A stretch of DNA of 64,000 bases from Eledone cirrhosa (lineage: Eukaryota): the NCBI GenBank assembly GCA_964016885.1, contig OZ024748.1:28706001-28770000 (forward strand). Reading direction: 5' to 3'. How positions within the stretch are numbered: position 1 is the first letter of the stretch; each line of letters begins with the position of its first letter. The notes under the pieces are model-generated. The model made no database searches. It saw only the letters and a list, made by a program, of their open reading frames with translations, and was not told where the DNA came from. A program made the position numbers and the translations under genes. This document shows, piece after piece, positions 14,791 through 29,407 of the stretch.

Positions 14791-14978
14791 GGTGGATTGG
14801 CAGTATCGGTAGAGCGTCGGACGCCATACTTTGGCGCATAGAGTTACGGCCCTTGCCATTCTGAGTTCAAATCCCGCCGAGGTTAACTTTGCCTTTCATC
14901 CTTACGGGGTCGATAAAATAAAGTACCAGTAATGTACTGGGCAATTGCTGGCCTTGTACCAAAAGTAGAAACAATTAT
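14791..14978 (+). mobile_element. tRNA-derived SINE (same family as 7800-8558)
   Basis: Full A/B box, body and tail match. Confidence 0.9.
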
Positions 14979-15114
14979 CTATCTATCTATTTATCTATCT
15001 GTCTACCTTTCTCTCTCTCTGTCTCTATCTTTCTCTCCATCTCTCTCCCTCTCTCTTTCCCTCTATCTCTCTCTCTCACTGTATATATACACACACACGC
15101 ATGTATGTATATAT

Positions 15115-15437
15115 AAAACAAGATGGCGTAGGACAGAACAAAGGGGAGGCACAAAACAAAGAAAAGAATCCCCAGTCACTGAAGAGGTCACAGAATGTGT
15201 GACGAAAGAACTTTTGACAATATATAAACAACCATCCGGTTGTGGAACCAACCAACCAACCGGAAATTTGTAAAAGTTATATTTATAAAATGTATAAAAT
15301 GTATAGCAATACATTGAAGTGAAAACAACTGGTGCGTGTTTCTTATTGGCAGCATGCCCCTCCCAAAGTATAACAATATCGGTTTCAACACACGTTTTCA
15401 GATAAAGAATCTTGCTAAACAAATTCAGAATCGAAAT
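15115..15437 (+). mobile_element. Penelope-like pLTR fragment with hammerhead (15174-15218)
   Basis: Same family as 10810-11313 and 44667-46879. Confidence 0.8.
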
Positions 15438-15646
15438 ATATATATATACATATATATATATATACATATATATATATATTCAAGAACCTAATCCCAAAAG
15501 CAAATGTGTGTGCATGCGTATGTATGTATAACAAATTTATTGTAGTTGTCCAGCCATCTATCCATCGGTCTATCTAAATAAAAATCTTTTGCCACACTAT
15601 TTCTCTCTACACACACACTCTCCACCCCCTCTCTTTCTCTCTTTCC

Positions 15647-15729
<83 letters not shown>

Positions 15730-15975
15730 AGAGTGAGAGAAAGATAGCGAAAGGAGCATTCACACACCAATACACACGCGCATGCACACACCCATACATG
15801 CACACATATACATAGCTAGCTAGCATGCTATATTGCCCAACGCCATCCCATCAATCGATCTATCATTCTCTCCACCCCTCATTCTGCCTCTCTAACCACA
15901 AATGCTGGAATAAGAAATCTAATTAACAATAACCGCAAGAACTTTCATAGAAAAATAAATACAAACATATATAGG

Positions 15976-16056
<81 letters not shown>

Positions 16057-16142
16057 TATATATATATATATATAAATATATATATAAATTTGCACACTCA
16101 AATATGTATACATACAAATATGTATGCACGCACACGCATATG

Positions 16143-16213
<71 letters not shown>

Positions 16214-16796
16214 TGTTTTTATATATATTTATATATATAATACATTATATTATATATAGCCATAAATGATATACAATTTCATTTGTTTATTTAATTTCTG
16301 GGTGCACCATTTCATCCATTCCAAATTAAACATGTACTAGTGTTTAGGAACGTCTGTCACTAGTGTTGGTCATGGATTCGGCAGCTAATGGCATTAATAT
16401 CTTGTATGGGAGATAAAGGGGGTAACGGGGAGATAGAGGAGTGATGGGGGGAGATAGAGAGGGCATAGGGAGATAAAGGAGGTTAGAGAAGGGTAAAAGG
16501 AGTGACATAGAGAAAGAGGGTGAGAAGAGGTGGTGAGAGAAACAGGGAGGTGGTAAAGGATGGAAGGAGGGAGAGAAATATATAGAGAAAGAAAGAAAAA
16601 GAAAGAGAAAGTAAAATGAGACATGACCTTGCAAAAATATACAATTTATTTTTTTACTTTTTCTTCTATTTTTGTTTTTTGGATAAATAAATATGGGGGT
16701 GGGGGTCGATGTAAATTGTTTTGCGGAAAAACTGGAGAAATTTCGCTGATCTGCTTGGAGTTTTCGTGAAATTAATAGCGTATGTATGTATATATG

Positions 16797-16830
<34 letters not shown>

Positions 16831-16866
16831 TGTATGTATGTATGTATGTATGTATGTATGTATGTA

Positions 16867-17235
16867 TCTTCTGGTTTTATAATTTCACAAATGTTTGCCA
16901 ATAGAGAGAGAGTTGGTTTCTAACATAGATACAAAACTCTCTCTCATTGGATTTTACACATCAACTCGATAGATATGTATGCATGTTTGCATGCATGTGT
17001 GTGCAGGTATGCATGTTATTGTATGTGTGCATGTGTATATGGTTTGTATCTGTACATGTGTACAGGGAGTTATTAGAGGCATCATTTTTGGTATGTTTTA
17101 CATATTTTAACTGTTCTATTAATGGATTGTACTTGTAATTTCCTAACTAGTGTTATTTCTGTTTCTGTGAAGCCTAGCTTCTCTAGATTTGTACTGAGGC
17201 AGTTACTAACATATCACAGTGCTCCAATAATCACT
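16867..17235 (-). mobile_element. R4/Dong family A-like 3' fragment
   Basis: Reverse complement of 54720-55119 (ORF end plus 3' UTR); (TATG)n on both sides. Confidence 0.85.
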
Positions 17236-17248
17236 GTATGTATGTATG

Positions 17249-17765
17249 TCACCTTCGACCCGACCATGCACAGATTGTACATGGTCGGGTCGTCAGCGAC
17301 TAAGCCAACAACCTCACCAAGCTTGCTTGGTGAGGGGAGGGGGATTTCGGACACCCTGCGGGATGAAAAACAAAACCTGTCAAAGGCCGGAGGAACTCGG
17401 GACAGTCAACAGCCATCCAATAAAGCTTTTTTTTTTTGTAGAGCGAGAGACCCTAGTCTTCATTAAGACATCTCTCTAGAAGAAGGTCACTCTGAGATAA
17501 AACCTCTGACATCGTTTGCATCCAATGATGTAGATCAGTTCTTCTTTTAGGGTAAATGCAGTTGATGCTCAGAGAGTGGGATTGGCCCCGTGCAAAGCCT
17601 TTCATCACTAAAAAAAGCTTCAAGCACAGGCATCGCTTGATATGTGGCATTTTTTGCGATGCCTGGCATTGCAAGTCCCTAGTAGGACTAAAAAGCCACG
17701 TCCGTAAAGCTCATGCTTAAGTAACAAGTAATTGCATTACTCCAAACCGAGTTCCAGCCATCATC
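17249..17765 (+). mobile_element. Internally deleted (bipartite) RTE derivative
   Basis: Structured non-coding 5' part joined to GLKSHVRKAHA* zinc-finger end and ACTC..AAACCGAGTTCCAGCCATCAT tail; TATG-type repeats on both sides; middle part homologous to 24960-25100 minus. Confidence 0.6.
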
Positions 17766-17857
17766 TATGTATAAGAGTATGTATGTATGTATGCATATTT
17801 GAGTGTGTATGTATGTATATTGTATGTATGTGTACATGATATGTTCATAAGCACATA

Positions 17858-17897
<40 letters not shown>

Positions 17898-17904
17898 CAA
17901 AGGG

Positions 17905-19705
17905 ATATTTAATTTGTTGGTAATTCAACAAATATATTTATAACAGATTCGAAGCACTCGACAGATTTTTTGGAGTATAATATCAATGATATTAATAAAT
18001 GGAAACTATATTTATAAAACCATATTTATTCTATTATATATAATTCAAGGGTACCAAAACTTTGGTACGCCCTCATCAGATAAAATACAAAGTTTGTTTT
18101 ATAAATAGTGACGTACACAGGAATCAGACCTTAACGGTTCAAGTTCCGTCTGGATAGTGAAAGGAAAGAGGGAAAAGGGGAAGAAAGGAAAATACAAATA
18201 TTTCAAATTATTTTGATGAATATGCAAACGAAGTTGAAGCGTAGGGCTGAAAAAAATATCGTTATTTAAATAATTATTAGGATATATAAATGTGGAAAGA
18301 AGAAAGAGAAGCTTATATTTATAGTATTACAGTGTACGTGAATTTAAAAATTGAAACGTTAAAAATTAAAGTTTGTTGAAGTGGTGGAATATCAATCCAG
18401 AATTTAAAAAATATTTAACTAAATCATGAGTTATAATATTATATATATATAATCATTATAATTAGATTATATGAAGAATTATGGTTGAAAGTACATTTTA
18501 TCTTATTATATTACAACAGGTTGTAAATATCTATATAGATTAATAAATATATAAATATAAATATTATTGGTGATTATATGCTGTTATTTTTTATAGATAT
18601 ATAACACACGTATTAATTCGTTTACATTTCTAATATAAGTTACGAAGGATGTTGAGTTTACATTTTAAATATATAGTTAAGAAAAAAGACGTAGTTCAAA
18701 TTTTAAGAGAACATTTTGTACATTCAAATAGTATAATCACAAACATACATTTAATAGGTCCGATAAAAAAATCTTCCACATCACTTTCACATCTAATTTG
18801 GTATTTAAAGGACAATAATATAGACTATTTAATATCTTGGGGAACGATTTCGAAAGCACCCGCAGACTCAAAATATGGCTCTCTCAAGAATCTGTCATTT
18901 GTGTAGCGAGGAAATTTTTTATATACTTAACTGTCAAAATTCTATTAATTTAAAAAATGAGTTATTCGGTTCTTGCAGACATCGCCAAAGATCGACTTTC
19001 CGAAGTATTTTTAATCTATAATATTCATTACACTTGACTACATCTTATATGTCTTTACAATGCTTCTGTTGTTTAGTGATGTTTTTTTAAATGATCTTTT
19101 TCTTCTTTATTTTTACCAATGATATTCTTTTCCTAATGATACTCTTCTTAATGTATTTTTTTAGATTGATACTTTTTAATTGATATTTTGAATGATATCC
19201 TCTTTACGATAGTTTTTCTAAATGCACTCTTGACTTATCTAATAATATATTTTTTTCTTCTGTTAATTTTCAAACTTTTCACACATCTATCGACGTAGAT
19301 AGTATCTAAATACATATATAATTGAAATTCTCATCCTTGAAAACATGTAATATAAAATACCTTATAATCTCACACAAAATAATATGTAATTTTCTCTACA
19401 TACTTTCCGCATTTTCTAAGAAAATTATTCATCAAATCTAACATTAATAGTTTAACAAATAATATTTGAGTTATCTTTTCCTTTACAATTGAGCAAACAT
19501 GGACTTGTATGTTAAATAACTTGTATGTTAAATTCTATGTAATTTCGGTAACTTAATTTTCTGTAAATATTTTAAATTTTTGATGAAACTATTTGAATGT
19601 CCAAAATATTTGAACTACGTCTTTTGAACTACGTCTTTTTTCTTAACTATATATTTAAAATGTAAACTCAACATCCTTCGAAACTTATATTAGAAATGTA
19701 AACAA
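17905..19705. mobile_element. Rearranged Penelope-like remnants
   Basis: Minus hammerhead with GAAA>GAAT at 18027-18088; plus-strand LSHLIWYLKDNNIDYLISWGTISKA...CHLC GIY-YIG tail at ~18770-18920; 18620-18701 inverted at 19611-19703. Confidence 0.6.
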
Positions 19706-20520
19706 ATTTATCAGTAATATGCAGATATGCAGAGCTGCTTGTTGTGTGTATTCGTATGTGTGTATATATATATATATATGTCCCTACATATGTAGAGATA
19801 GTATGGTGGTATGACTACAGTATATATGAATGTGTGTGAGGCTCTTTTATAGTGCTGTTCCCGCTGTCTCTTTCACTGTGTGATATCCCATGAGGAAAGA
19901 ATGGAAATACATTCAGCCGCCTGACGATCAAAGTTGATAAATGGGATATCCATTATAAATATGGATGTATCTCCGACTACATAGTTACATGCGCACGCGC
20001 ATGTGATGGTGGTGGTGGTGGCCGCCGTCGTCGTCGTCGTAGTAGTAGTAGTGGTAGGATGGTTTTAATGATGGTGTTGGGAGAAGGAATGGTAAGATGT
20101 TCCAATGGTAGGCCATACCACCTAGTTAGTTACAATACAACAGCTGCCATATCATATTTCCAATAACTAAAAACAATTACACTAACGTCATGATGTGGCA
20201 GCCATTTTGTATTGCATCTGATCGCAACATACACACACACATATACATACATATACACAGATACATATACATACACATACACATACACGCATACACATAC
20301 ATATATTACACACACACACATACATACATGCATACATATATACATACATACATACATACATACATACATACATACATACATACATACATACATACATGCA
20401 TACATACATGCATGCATGCATACATACATACATACATACATACATACATACATACATACATACATACATACATACATACATACATACATACATACATACA
20501 TACATACATACATACATACA

Positions 20521-20720
20521 TGATGGTTGCAAACTCGTGTTCGAGTATTGCCATCGTTTAATGGAATGTTAAAAAATGTGAGGAATGAATGTGGCTCTTC
20601 AAACCAGCCAAAGATTCGCATTCTCTTGTGTATACATGGCAACTGTAGATTCCTCTGGGACTTTCCATTCTTTGGTTCTGACTGTGCGTTCTCATATGTC
20701 TTTTAAGACATATAGTTTCA
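20521..20720 (-). mobile_element. RTE 3' end with C2H2 zinc-finger remnants
   Basis: LKRHMRTH...CHVYTRECESLAGLKSHIHSSH then GGCAATACTCGAACACGAGTTTGCAACCATC-(ATGT)n tail. Confidence 0.7.
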
Positions 20721-20963
20721 TAGACACACATAAAACTTAGAACATAGACAACAGAACACATGCACACAGGCAACTCACACATATTCACTAACACATAGAC
20801 ACATGCACATACACATGTGGACACACAGACGTGTAGTTACACGTACACAGATGGTCACACACGCGCGCATGTATAAACATAGGCTCACATACACACGCAT
20901 ATACATTATCATACAGGTATACTAGACACATTATTCCCATAGACGGAAACAGATAAACATGTA

Positions 20964-21180
20964 CGTGGCCGAGTAGTTAAGAAGCTTGCTTCACAATCAT
21001 AAGGTTCAGGGTCCGCCTCCGTTCCGTGAGATCTTAGGCAAAATTCTCTGTATATTATGTTATGGGTACCTGTGTCTGTGGAATACTCAGCCACTCACAC
21101 ATAAATTTTACAGGCAGGCTATAAACAATGACTGAACAACTGGAACACTCGTCGTCGAAACTGGTGGTGTTCTATAAATG
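20964..21180 (+). mobile_element. Old tRNA-derived SINE
   Basis: TGGCCGAGTAGTTAAG A-box-like, GGTTC B-box-like, CTTAGGCAA core-like motif. Confidence 0.55.
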
Positions 21181-21454
21181 ATACATTGATACACTGATAT
21201 ACATAAAGATGTACTAACGCATATTCAAATCCACACGGACACACAGGTATTGTATGTACGTATAGATGCACTCATAAATAAAAATACACACATAAATACA
21301 AATAAATAATAAATGCAAAAAAATAATAAATAAAATAAAATAAAATAAAATAAAATAAAAATACACACATAAATACAAATAAATAATAAATACAAAAAAA
21401 TAATAAATAAAATAAAATAAAATAAATATATAATAAAAATAATAATAATAATAA

Positions 21455-22290
21455 ACTTTAACCCATCAGTGGTTGGCATCATCTGGACTGAAATAGGAGA
21501 CTGAAGGACTGATTATATCAGCACAAGATCAGAGTCTGCCAACAAAAAATTACCAAGCCAACATAATAAAAAATGGATGCAACCCATTATGCCGTGCATG
21601 TAAAAAACAACCAGAGACCATTGATCATATAATTTCAATGTGCAGTCCTATAGCTCCAACCGAATACCTAAACAGGCATGACAGAGCTGCACAATACATA
21701 CATTGGATAATGTGTAAGCATTTTGACCTGCCCCATCAAAAGAATTGATGGGAGCACCAACAATACTTGAAAAAGATCACATCTCAATCTTGTGGAACTT
21801 TAGCATCCAAACAGACCGAAAAATAGATGCAAATAGACCTGATATAATACTGAAGGACTTTAAAAAGAGGATATGCCTGATAATTGATATGTCCGTTCCA
21901 ATAGACAAGAATGTATCTATAAAAACATTTGAAAAATTGAGCAAGTATAAGGACCTGGAGATAGAAATTGGAAAAATGTGGAAATTGAGAACTAAAACAA
22001 TACCAATGGTTGTAGGCGCTCTAGGAATGATACCTAAGGGGTCTAATGATTACTTATCGCACATCCCAGGAAACCCGCGTATAGGAGAAATACAAAAGAC
22101 AGTACTAATGGGAACTGCACATATACTAAGGAAGATTCTGTCAATATAAGTACACCACAAGTCTAAACACCTAAAGATGCATGTGTGTGTATGTATGTTC
22201 TTTCTTGAACATGGCGGACCTTGTTGTCTCTTGAGGTCACTGGTTGTGACTTGGTGATAACTCGTATGAACATAAAGCAAGATAAATACA
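21455..22290 (+). mobile_element. Dong-like (R4 clade) RLE LINE, 5'-truncated, in (TAA)n
   Basis: ETEGLIISAQDQ, CRAC...ETIDHIISMC, RHD, NRPDII, IDMSVP, KLSKYKDL, VVGALG; (TAA)n at both junctions. Confidence 0.9.
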
Positions 22291-22317
22291 AATAATAATA
22301 ATAATACATACATACAT

Positions 22318-22351
<34 letters not shown>

Positions 22352-22360
22352 GTATGTATA

Positions 22361-22434
<74 letters not shown>

Positions 22435-22630
22435 GGGCGGTGGATTGGCAGTATCGGTAGAGGGTCGGACGTCATGCTTTGACGCATAGAGTTACAGCCC
22501 TTTCCATTCTGAGTTCAAATCCCGCCGAGGTCAACTTTGGCTTTCATCCTTACGGAGTCGATAAAATAAAGTACCAGTAATGTACTGGTAAATTGCTGGC
22601 CTTGTGCCAAAAGTAGAAATAATAATTATT
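22435..22630 (+). mobile_element. tRNA-derived SINE (same family as 7800-8558)
   Basis: Full match; follows a (TTA)n tract. Confidence 0.9.
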
Positions 22631-22632
22631 AT

Positions 22633-22663
<31 letters not shown>

Positions 22664-22665
22664 AT

Positions 22666-22800
22666 AAATAGCCGTCGAAACGGCTCTTGAGCTCTGCCGT
22701 CGGGGTCAAACATTTTCCTATCACCCACTCTACTACCCTAAGTATTGAGTACTCTGGTGCGTTATGGTCCATCTGGTTCCTTACCACACCTCCTTCGTTA
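22666..22800. mobile_element. Short interspersed repeat, probable Penelope-like terminus
   Basis: Reverse complement of 44312-44445; flanked by TA/TG repeats. Confidence 0.5.
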
Positions 22801-23124
22801 TATATATACAGATATATATATATATATATATGAAAAAATGGGGAGAAGAATACTGCAGGTTGCACATGGATAACATGTTATAAAATGAGTCCCTCATCAG
22901 TGATTTGCCAACGATCATAGATATTTCATTGCATTAAAAATCATATACCTCACGTTGGTGCAATAATAACTAAATTAAGTTATTAGGACAATTAAAACGC
23001 GTAAAGCGAGTGAGACAAGTAAACAACAAAGAGGAAAGCTAACCGTAGATAGGAAGGACACAAGCTACATAGTTATTCTGTCAGCATAAGCTGGGTGAAT
23101 ATATGAGCGCGTAGAAAAAAGACC

Positions 23125-23766
<642 letters not shown>

Positions 23767-23980
23767 TACATACATACATAATTACACACACACAAAAGTA
23801 CATACATACATACATACATACATACATACATACATACATACATACATACAAACATACATACATGCATACATACATACATACATACATACATAATACATAC
23901 ATACATACATACATACATACATACATACATACATACATACATACATACATACATACATACATACATACATACATACATAC

Positions 23981-24684
23981 CAAATATCTGCTGCACAAAA
24001 GGGGAGGGCCAGCAGCTGACAATAAATGTAGGCTATGTAAAACAAAGATCGAAGATGTAAGCCACATTGTTGCCAGCTGCGAAAGAATGTCATCTCGCTA
24101 CTACCTCCCTATGAGACACGATGGGATAGCTAGAACCATCTGGAACGCACAAGACAAAATTAACAAAATTAACAACAAACGAGGAAGAATATATTGAGAC
24201 AGATGGCACTAAGGAATACTGGTGGAACCTGGAAATAAAAACTGCCACCAAATTAAAGCACAACCGGCCTGATATTGTTGTTTGGGACCACACATTGAAA
24301 ACGTGTTCTGTTGTGGAGATCAGCTGCCCACTTGAAGTAAACGTTGTCAGAAAAATACAGGAGAAGGAGGACATCTACGGACCATTGATGAGGAGTTTAC
24401 AAATCCAGTATCCAAGATACACCTTTAACTTTATACCCATCATTATTGGAGCTACGGGTTATATACCAACCCGCTTGGACCAAAGTATGACTGAACTTGG
24501 ATTTGCGGACAAAAAGCGCAGCTCCCCAATTCATAGTCTACAAATGGCTGCGATAGCTGGCACCTTCAAAATTTGCAAAACATTCTTGCGATTCAAGGGA
24601 TGACAATTTCTTTTCTTTTACAACCTTGCCACCAGGAAGGTGGCCGGTCAAAAAAATATACTCGAAATTAAGAGAAAGAGAAAA
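23981..24684 (+). mobile_element. R4/Dong family B 3' fragment in (CATA)n
   Basis: CRLCKTKIEDVSHIVASC...RHD...NRPDIVVWD...VVEISCP; (CATA)n directly at both ends. Confidence 0.92.
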
Positions 24685-24769
24685 CATACATACATACATA
24701 CATACAAACATACATACATACATACATACATACATACATACATACATACATACATACATACATACATAC

Positions 24770-25105
24770 ATGGTGGCTGCCAACTCGTTTTCGAGTACGG
24801 CCACTACTTTATATCCATGTAGGAGAACCCCTACCGATGCGCTGAACGAGTGTGACTTTTTAGTCCAGCCAGCGACTTGAAAACTCTGGTACAAACACTA
24901 CACTTGTGACAATTATTGACACACAGTGCTGGGCCCATGGTACCATGTGACGACAAGTGCAGAGAGATCTCCAGATACAAAGCAATGCCTGTGCCGTGAA
25001 GCTTTTATAGTGAGCAAAGGCACTGCACAAAGCCAGTCCCACTCTCTTAACCAAGATGAGATTTACCAAAAAGAAGAACAAGTCAACATCATTGGATACC
25101 ACTGC
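24770..25105 (-). mobile_element. Bipartite RTE derivative, 5'-truncated
   Basis: Non-coding part homologous to 17520-17670, then CSVCTRVFKSLAGLKSHTRSAH* and tail GGCCGTACTCGAAAACGAGTTGGCAGCCACC-(ATGT)n. Confidence 0.65.
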
Positions 25106-25310
25106 ATACATACATACATGCATGCATACATACATGCATGCATGCATACATACATACATACATACATACATACATACATACATACATACATACATACATG
25201 CATGCATGCATGCATGCATGCATACATACATACATACATACATACATACATACATACATACATACATACATACATACATACATACATACATACATACATA
25301 CATACATACA

Positions 25311-25400
25311 TGATGGCTGCCCCCTCGTTATCGAGTATGGCCATTGCACGAGGAGAAAAAAAAATTAATAAATAAATAAAAAAGAAAATTAAAAAAAAAG

Positions 25401-25437
<37 letters not shown>

Positions 25438-26763
25438 CACACATACATACACATATACACACACACATATACACACACACATACATTAATAACAATAATA
25501 ATAATAATAATAATAATAACAACAATAATAATAACGACAACAACAATAATAATATACATATACATATATATATATACACATACACGCACACACATAAGCA
25601 TATCTATACACACACACACACACGAAAGCAACTAACAGCGCTGCGATCGAATGTGGCTTTTTAGCCCAGCCAATGATCTAAAATGTCTTGCACAGAGTCG
25701 GCAAGCAAAACATTCACTGGGAATAGTCGGCTGTGGTTGGAGTTCGTGTACTTGAGCCCTCCTGCTGATTTACATTCTCTACCACATGTTTGGCAAGCAT
25801 GATGAGTAGCATCTCCAACAGCAGCCTGGTAGTCAACCACTGGTCTTACTTTATGACTGCGAAGATGACTTTCGAGTCCAGCTTTGCTTAGGTAGTCTCG
25901 CATAGACGCTGCATATCAGCACCATAGGAGGACCCTCGCCGTTTGGAAGTGCAACAGCAATGCCCTTCCTCACATCCCGCTTTACTTTCTCGTATGCGAT
26001 TCGAGATGCCTCAAAGGCAACTTTTCCCTCATATACAGTCTTTCTCCATTTATTACGATCAGCAGCAATATTTTCCCATGTATCAGCAGAGATGTTAGCG
26101 TCTTTCAGAGAGGCTTTCAAGGAATCCTTATACCTCTTTTTTGGTTTATGTGGCGGTCGTTTCCCTTTAACCAACTCTCCATAAAAGAGTTGTTTTGGTA
26201 TTCTAGAATCCTTCATCCTGGCAAGGTGACCACTCCAGCGGAGTCGTTGCTTAAGCACAAGAGCTTCTATACTGTCACACATAGAGCTTTCCAAAATCTC
26301 GATATCACTGATGTGGTCCCTCCAGTGAACGCCATGGATCCGTCTGAGACACATCTGATGGAAACGCTCCAATTGCTTAAGGTAGTGTCGATATGTGACC
26401 CAGGTCTCGCAGGCATAAAGAAGACAAGAGAGCACACATGCCCTGTACACCTTTACCTTTGTCCTCCTGCATATGTCTCGCCGACCCCAGAGTCGCCTTT
26501 CTAGCTTTCCGAAAGCATCACTTGCTTTCCTAATCCTAAGTGAGATTTCACTGTCAAGGTTGCTGTATCGATTGACAGTGCTTCCCAGGTAGACAAACTG
26601 ATTAACCACTCCAAGTCGTTTGCCATACACATAGATGTTTGGTTCAGTGTACTGCTTACCAGGGGCAGGTTGGTACATGACGACGGTTTTCTTGAGACTG
26701 ACAGTCAAACCTAGGGCAGTGCAAGCGTCAGAAAATGCATTCAAAATGTGCTGCATATCACTC
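25311..26763 (-). mobile_element. RTE-clade LINE, 5'-truncated, with C-terminal C2H2 zinc fingers
   Basis: GLTVSLKKT, FVYLGS, LLYACETW, LRWSGHLARM..RIPKQLFYGEL; then AGLESHLRSH and CQTCGRECKSAGGLK; starts and ends at (TATG)n. Confidence 0.9.
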
Positions 26764-26836
26764 ATACATACATACATACATACATACATACATACATACA
26801 TACATACATACATACATACATACATACATACATACA

Positions 26837-26867
<31 letters not shown>

Positions 26868-27109
26868 TGAAACACACATCCAAATATAACAAACAGCCAG
26901 CAAATATCAATCAAGGCTCCCAGCCGAACGTTTTATGCATCGGTGACTCTGTTACACCATTGACGATGACTCCTTAAATATAGACGACACTCCTGTCACA
27001 CTGCACTTCTTTCAATATGACTTCCACCCTCCATTCATATCCCATCGCACTCTCTTTCTCAATCCCCGCATCTCTCTCTCCTACTTTATTTATCTATTTT
27101 TCTATTTAT

Positions 27110-27253
<144 letters not shown>

Positions 27254-27470
27254 AGACGTGTGTAACTTCGCGGAGAAGTTTCCGTTAATTTATGTAAGAA
27301 AAAAACGTGAGTTTTTAGTTAAATTTTATATCATTGTGTAACTTGACCACCCGTCTGGACCTTCAGGTGGTGGGTCAACTCATTTTCGCCCCTACAGGGG
27401 CGGAATATCCATTTAAAAAAATTTTCTCCATCGAATCATGGAAAAAATATTGTAAAATTTTGATTACGTT

Positions 27471-29374
27471 ATGAACGCTGCGTCCAACGATAATGGTGGT
27501 GGAGAGGCGGTAAGACTACAAAGCTCGCAGTCAACAACGTCTTCTTCACTAGATACTATAGAGATGGAAAGACGAAATGAAAATGTAACAACGAATTCAT
27601 ATTCAAACAACACAAATGACACCAAACAATTCAATGACAACAAAAATAACAGCAACACCAATAATGATGATAAAAGCAACAATGATAACAACAACAAAGA
27701 AAAAAATAGAGACAACACCAATAACACCAGCATCAAAGACAACAACAACACCAAGGAAAATACGGATGATACCAACATCGGTGACAACAAGAATAACAAC
27801 AACAATAACAACAATAATGACAACACCACCAATACGGATTCCATAAAGAAACCAAAAATCTCCTTTGCAGAGAAAGTTCAAAAGAAGGAAGAATTGATAT
27901 ATCTCGACATAACAAATGCTGAACAACTTTTAAAGGACGCTAAGAGATATGTCACTTTCTAAAAAAAATGGTGCTTTCAGCATCAATTCTCCGGTAGAAA
28001 TTCGCAAGGAAACTGCTCTCAAAACGATAGTTTTTAGGACAGTTTCCAATTCTACCCGAAAACCAGTCCAATTGTCACAGAAAGAAATTGAACTGGCTTT
28101 CAAAAATTCAATGAATGATATTGCATTCATTCAAAGAAGCAAACTTTTTGGGAGTATTTCGGTACTCATGAAGGATCAATTGACGGCCCAAAATTACTCT
28201 GTGTCGCCAATTTTATCCAATCTGTACACCTTTTTCCCTACATACATGGGAAAAAGGACACAAAAGATCAGAATCACGAGTGTCACACCAAAGGTGAACA
28301 TATGGTGGATACTGTGCGGCTTCATCAATTTTGATGAAGACAGAATACTGTCAGTAGAAAAGTCCCCCAGAGATGTATTCAATGGGACTAGCATTGAAGT
28401 TCTGGTGCAAATGAGCCCAGAGCGAATAGCTATGATCCCACAGCGTGTACTCCTGGACGGACTCACCTACATAAACTTTTCGGTTGAGGGTAGGCGGCCT
28501 TCATGTTACCATTGCTTTAGCAGGGGTCACCTGAGGGCTTCCTGTCCTAAATTAATGAACCAAAAAAAGGCTCTTCTGCCGACACCCATCAAAACAACAC
28601 AACCACCAACACCACCACAACAACAACAACAACACCAACACACACAAATAACCACAACAAACACAGTCCCACCCAACCCCACTCCACCTAAAACCACTGC
28701 AAAATCACATACAAACACAACAGCTCCCCAATCACACAGACGATACAACAGATGAGGCTATCTCGCCATCACCCAGTGAAGAAGAGGGAGAACCCCATCG
28801 CTCGAAAAGAAAGAAAAGACATCACAAAAGCAAAAAACCAGCAAACACTACCAGAAACATACAACCACCAACACAAACAACAAAAACATCACAAACAAAA
28901 CCCCCACCTCCTGAAAACAAAATACCTACAACAAAACGAAAGCACACACAAGAACTACAGACAAAAACAAACACAACACAAGAAAATTACACTTACACTT
29001 ACATAAACACTGAAAACAAAACACTAATGGAGACCATCACGAACGACCCTTCGGTGAAAACCGAAGGGAAAACTTTCGCCCACTCTATTAAAAATAGCAA
29101 AAAACTGAACCTAAAACTGATTAGGGTCCCTATACAAACTTATAGGTCCCTAAAAGAAACATTTGAGAAGGATGTGGGGAATTCCTGCGTGAAACCACTC
29201 AACCGCGTCCTTCTCAAATGTCTCCCGACCCCAGACACCCCCATCCCACCAAACCCCACCCCACCAAACATCTGCGTCCCCACCCCGGCGGAAACCACCA
29301 CCCATCCAGACAACCCCTCCAACACCCCCATGGAAATCGTGCGGCCTGGTCCCCAGGAGGCGAAGGGTGAGTGA
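27471..29374 (+). pseudogene. Tx1 ORF1 (gag-like), frameshifted
   Basis: Asn-rich N-terminus, CYHCFSRGHLRASC zinc knuckle, Pro/Thr/Gln-rich tail; split across 27471, 27949 and 29027 ORFs. Confidence 0.85.
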
Positions 29375-29407
29375 TCTCTTTTCATCTTTTAACTTTTCAG
29401 CACCAAC

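Noticed and set aside
22860-22902. Minus-strand CTGATGAGGGACTC hammerhead candidate
   Set aside because: GAAA and stem II partner missing; at best a decayed copy
29367-29400. Micro-intron fusing Tx1 ORF1 to ORF2
   Set aside because: Only 34 nt, the best donor gives an out-of-frame product, and copy 2 has no acceptor AG before its ATG
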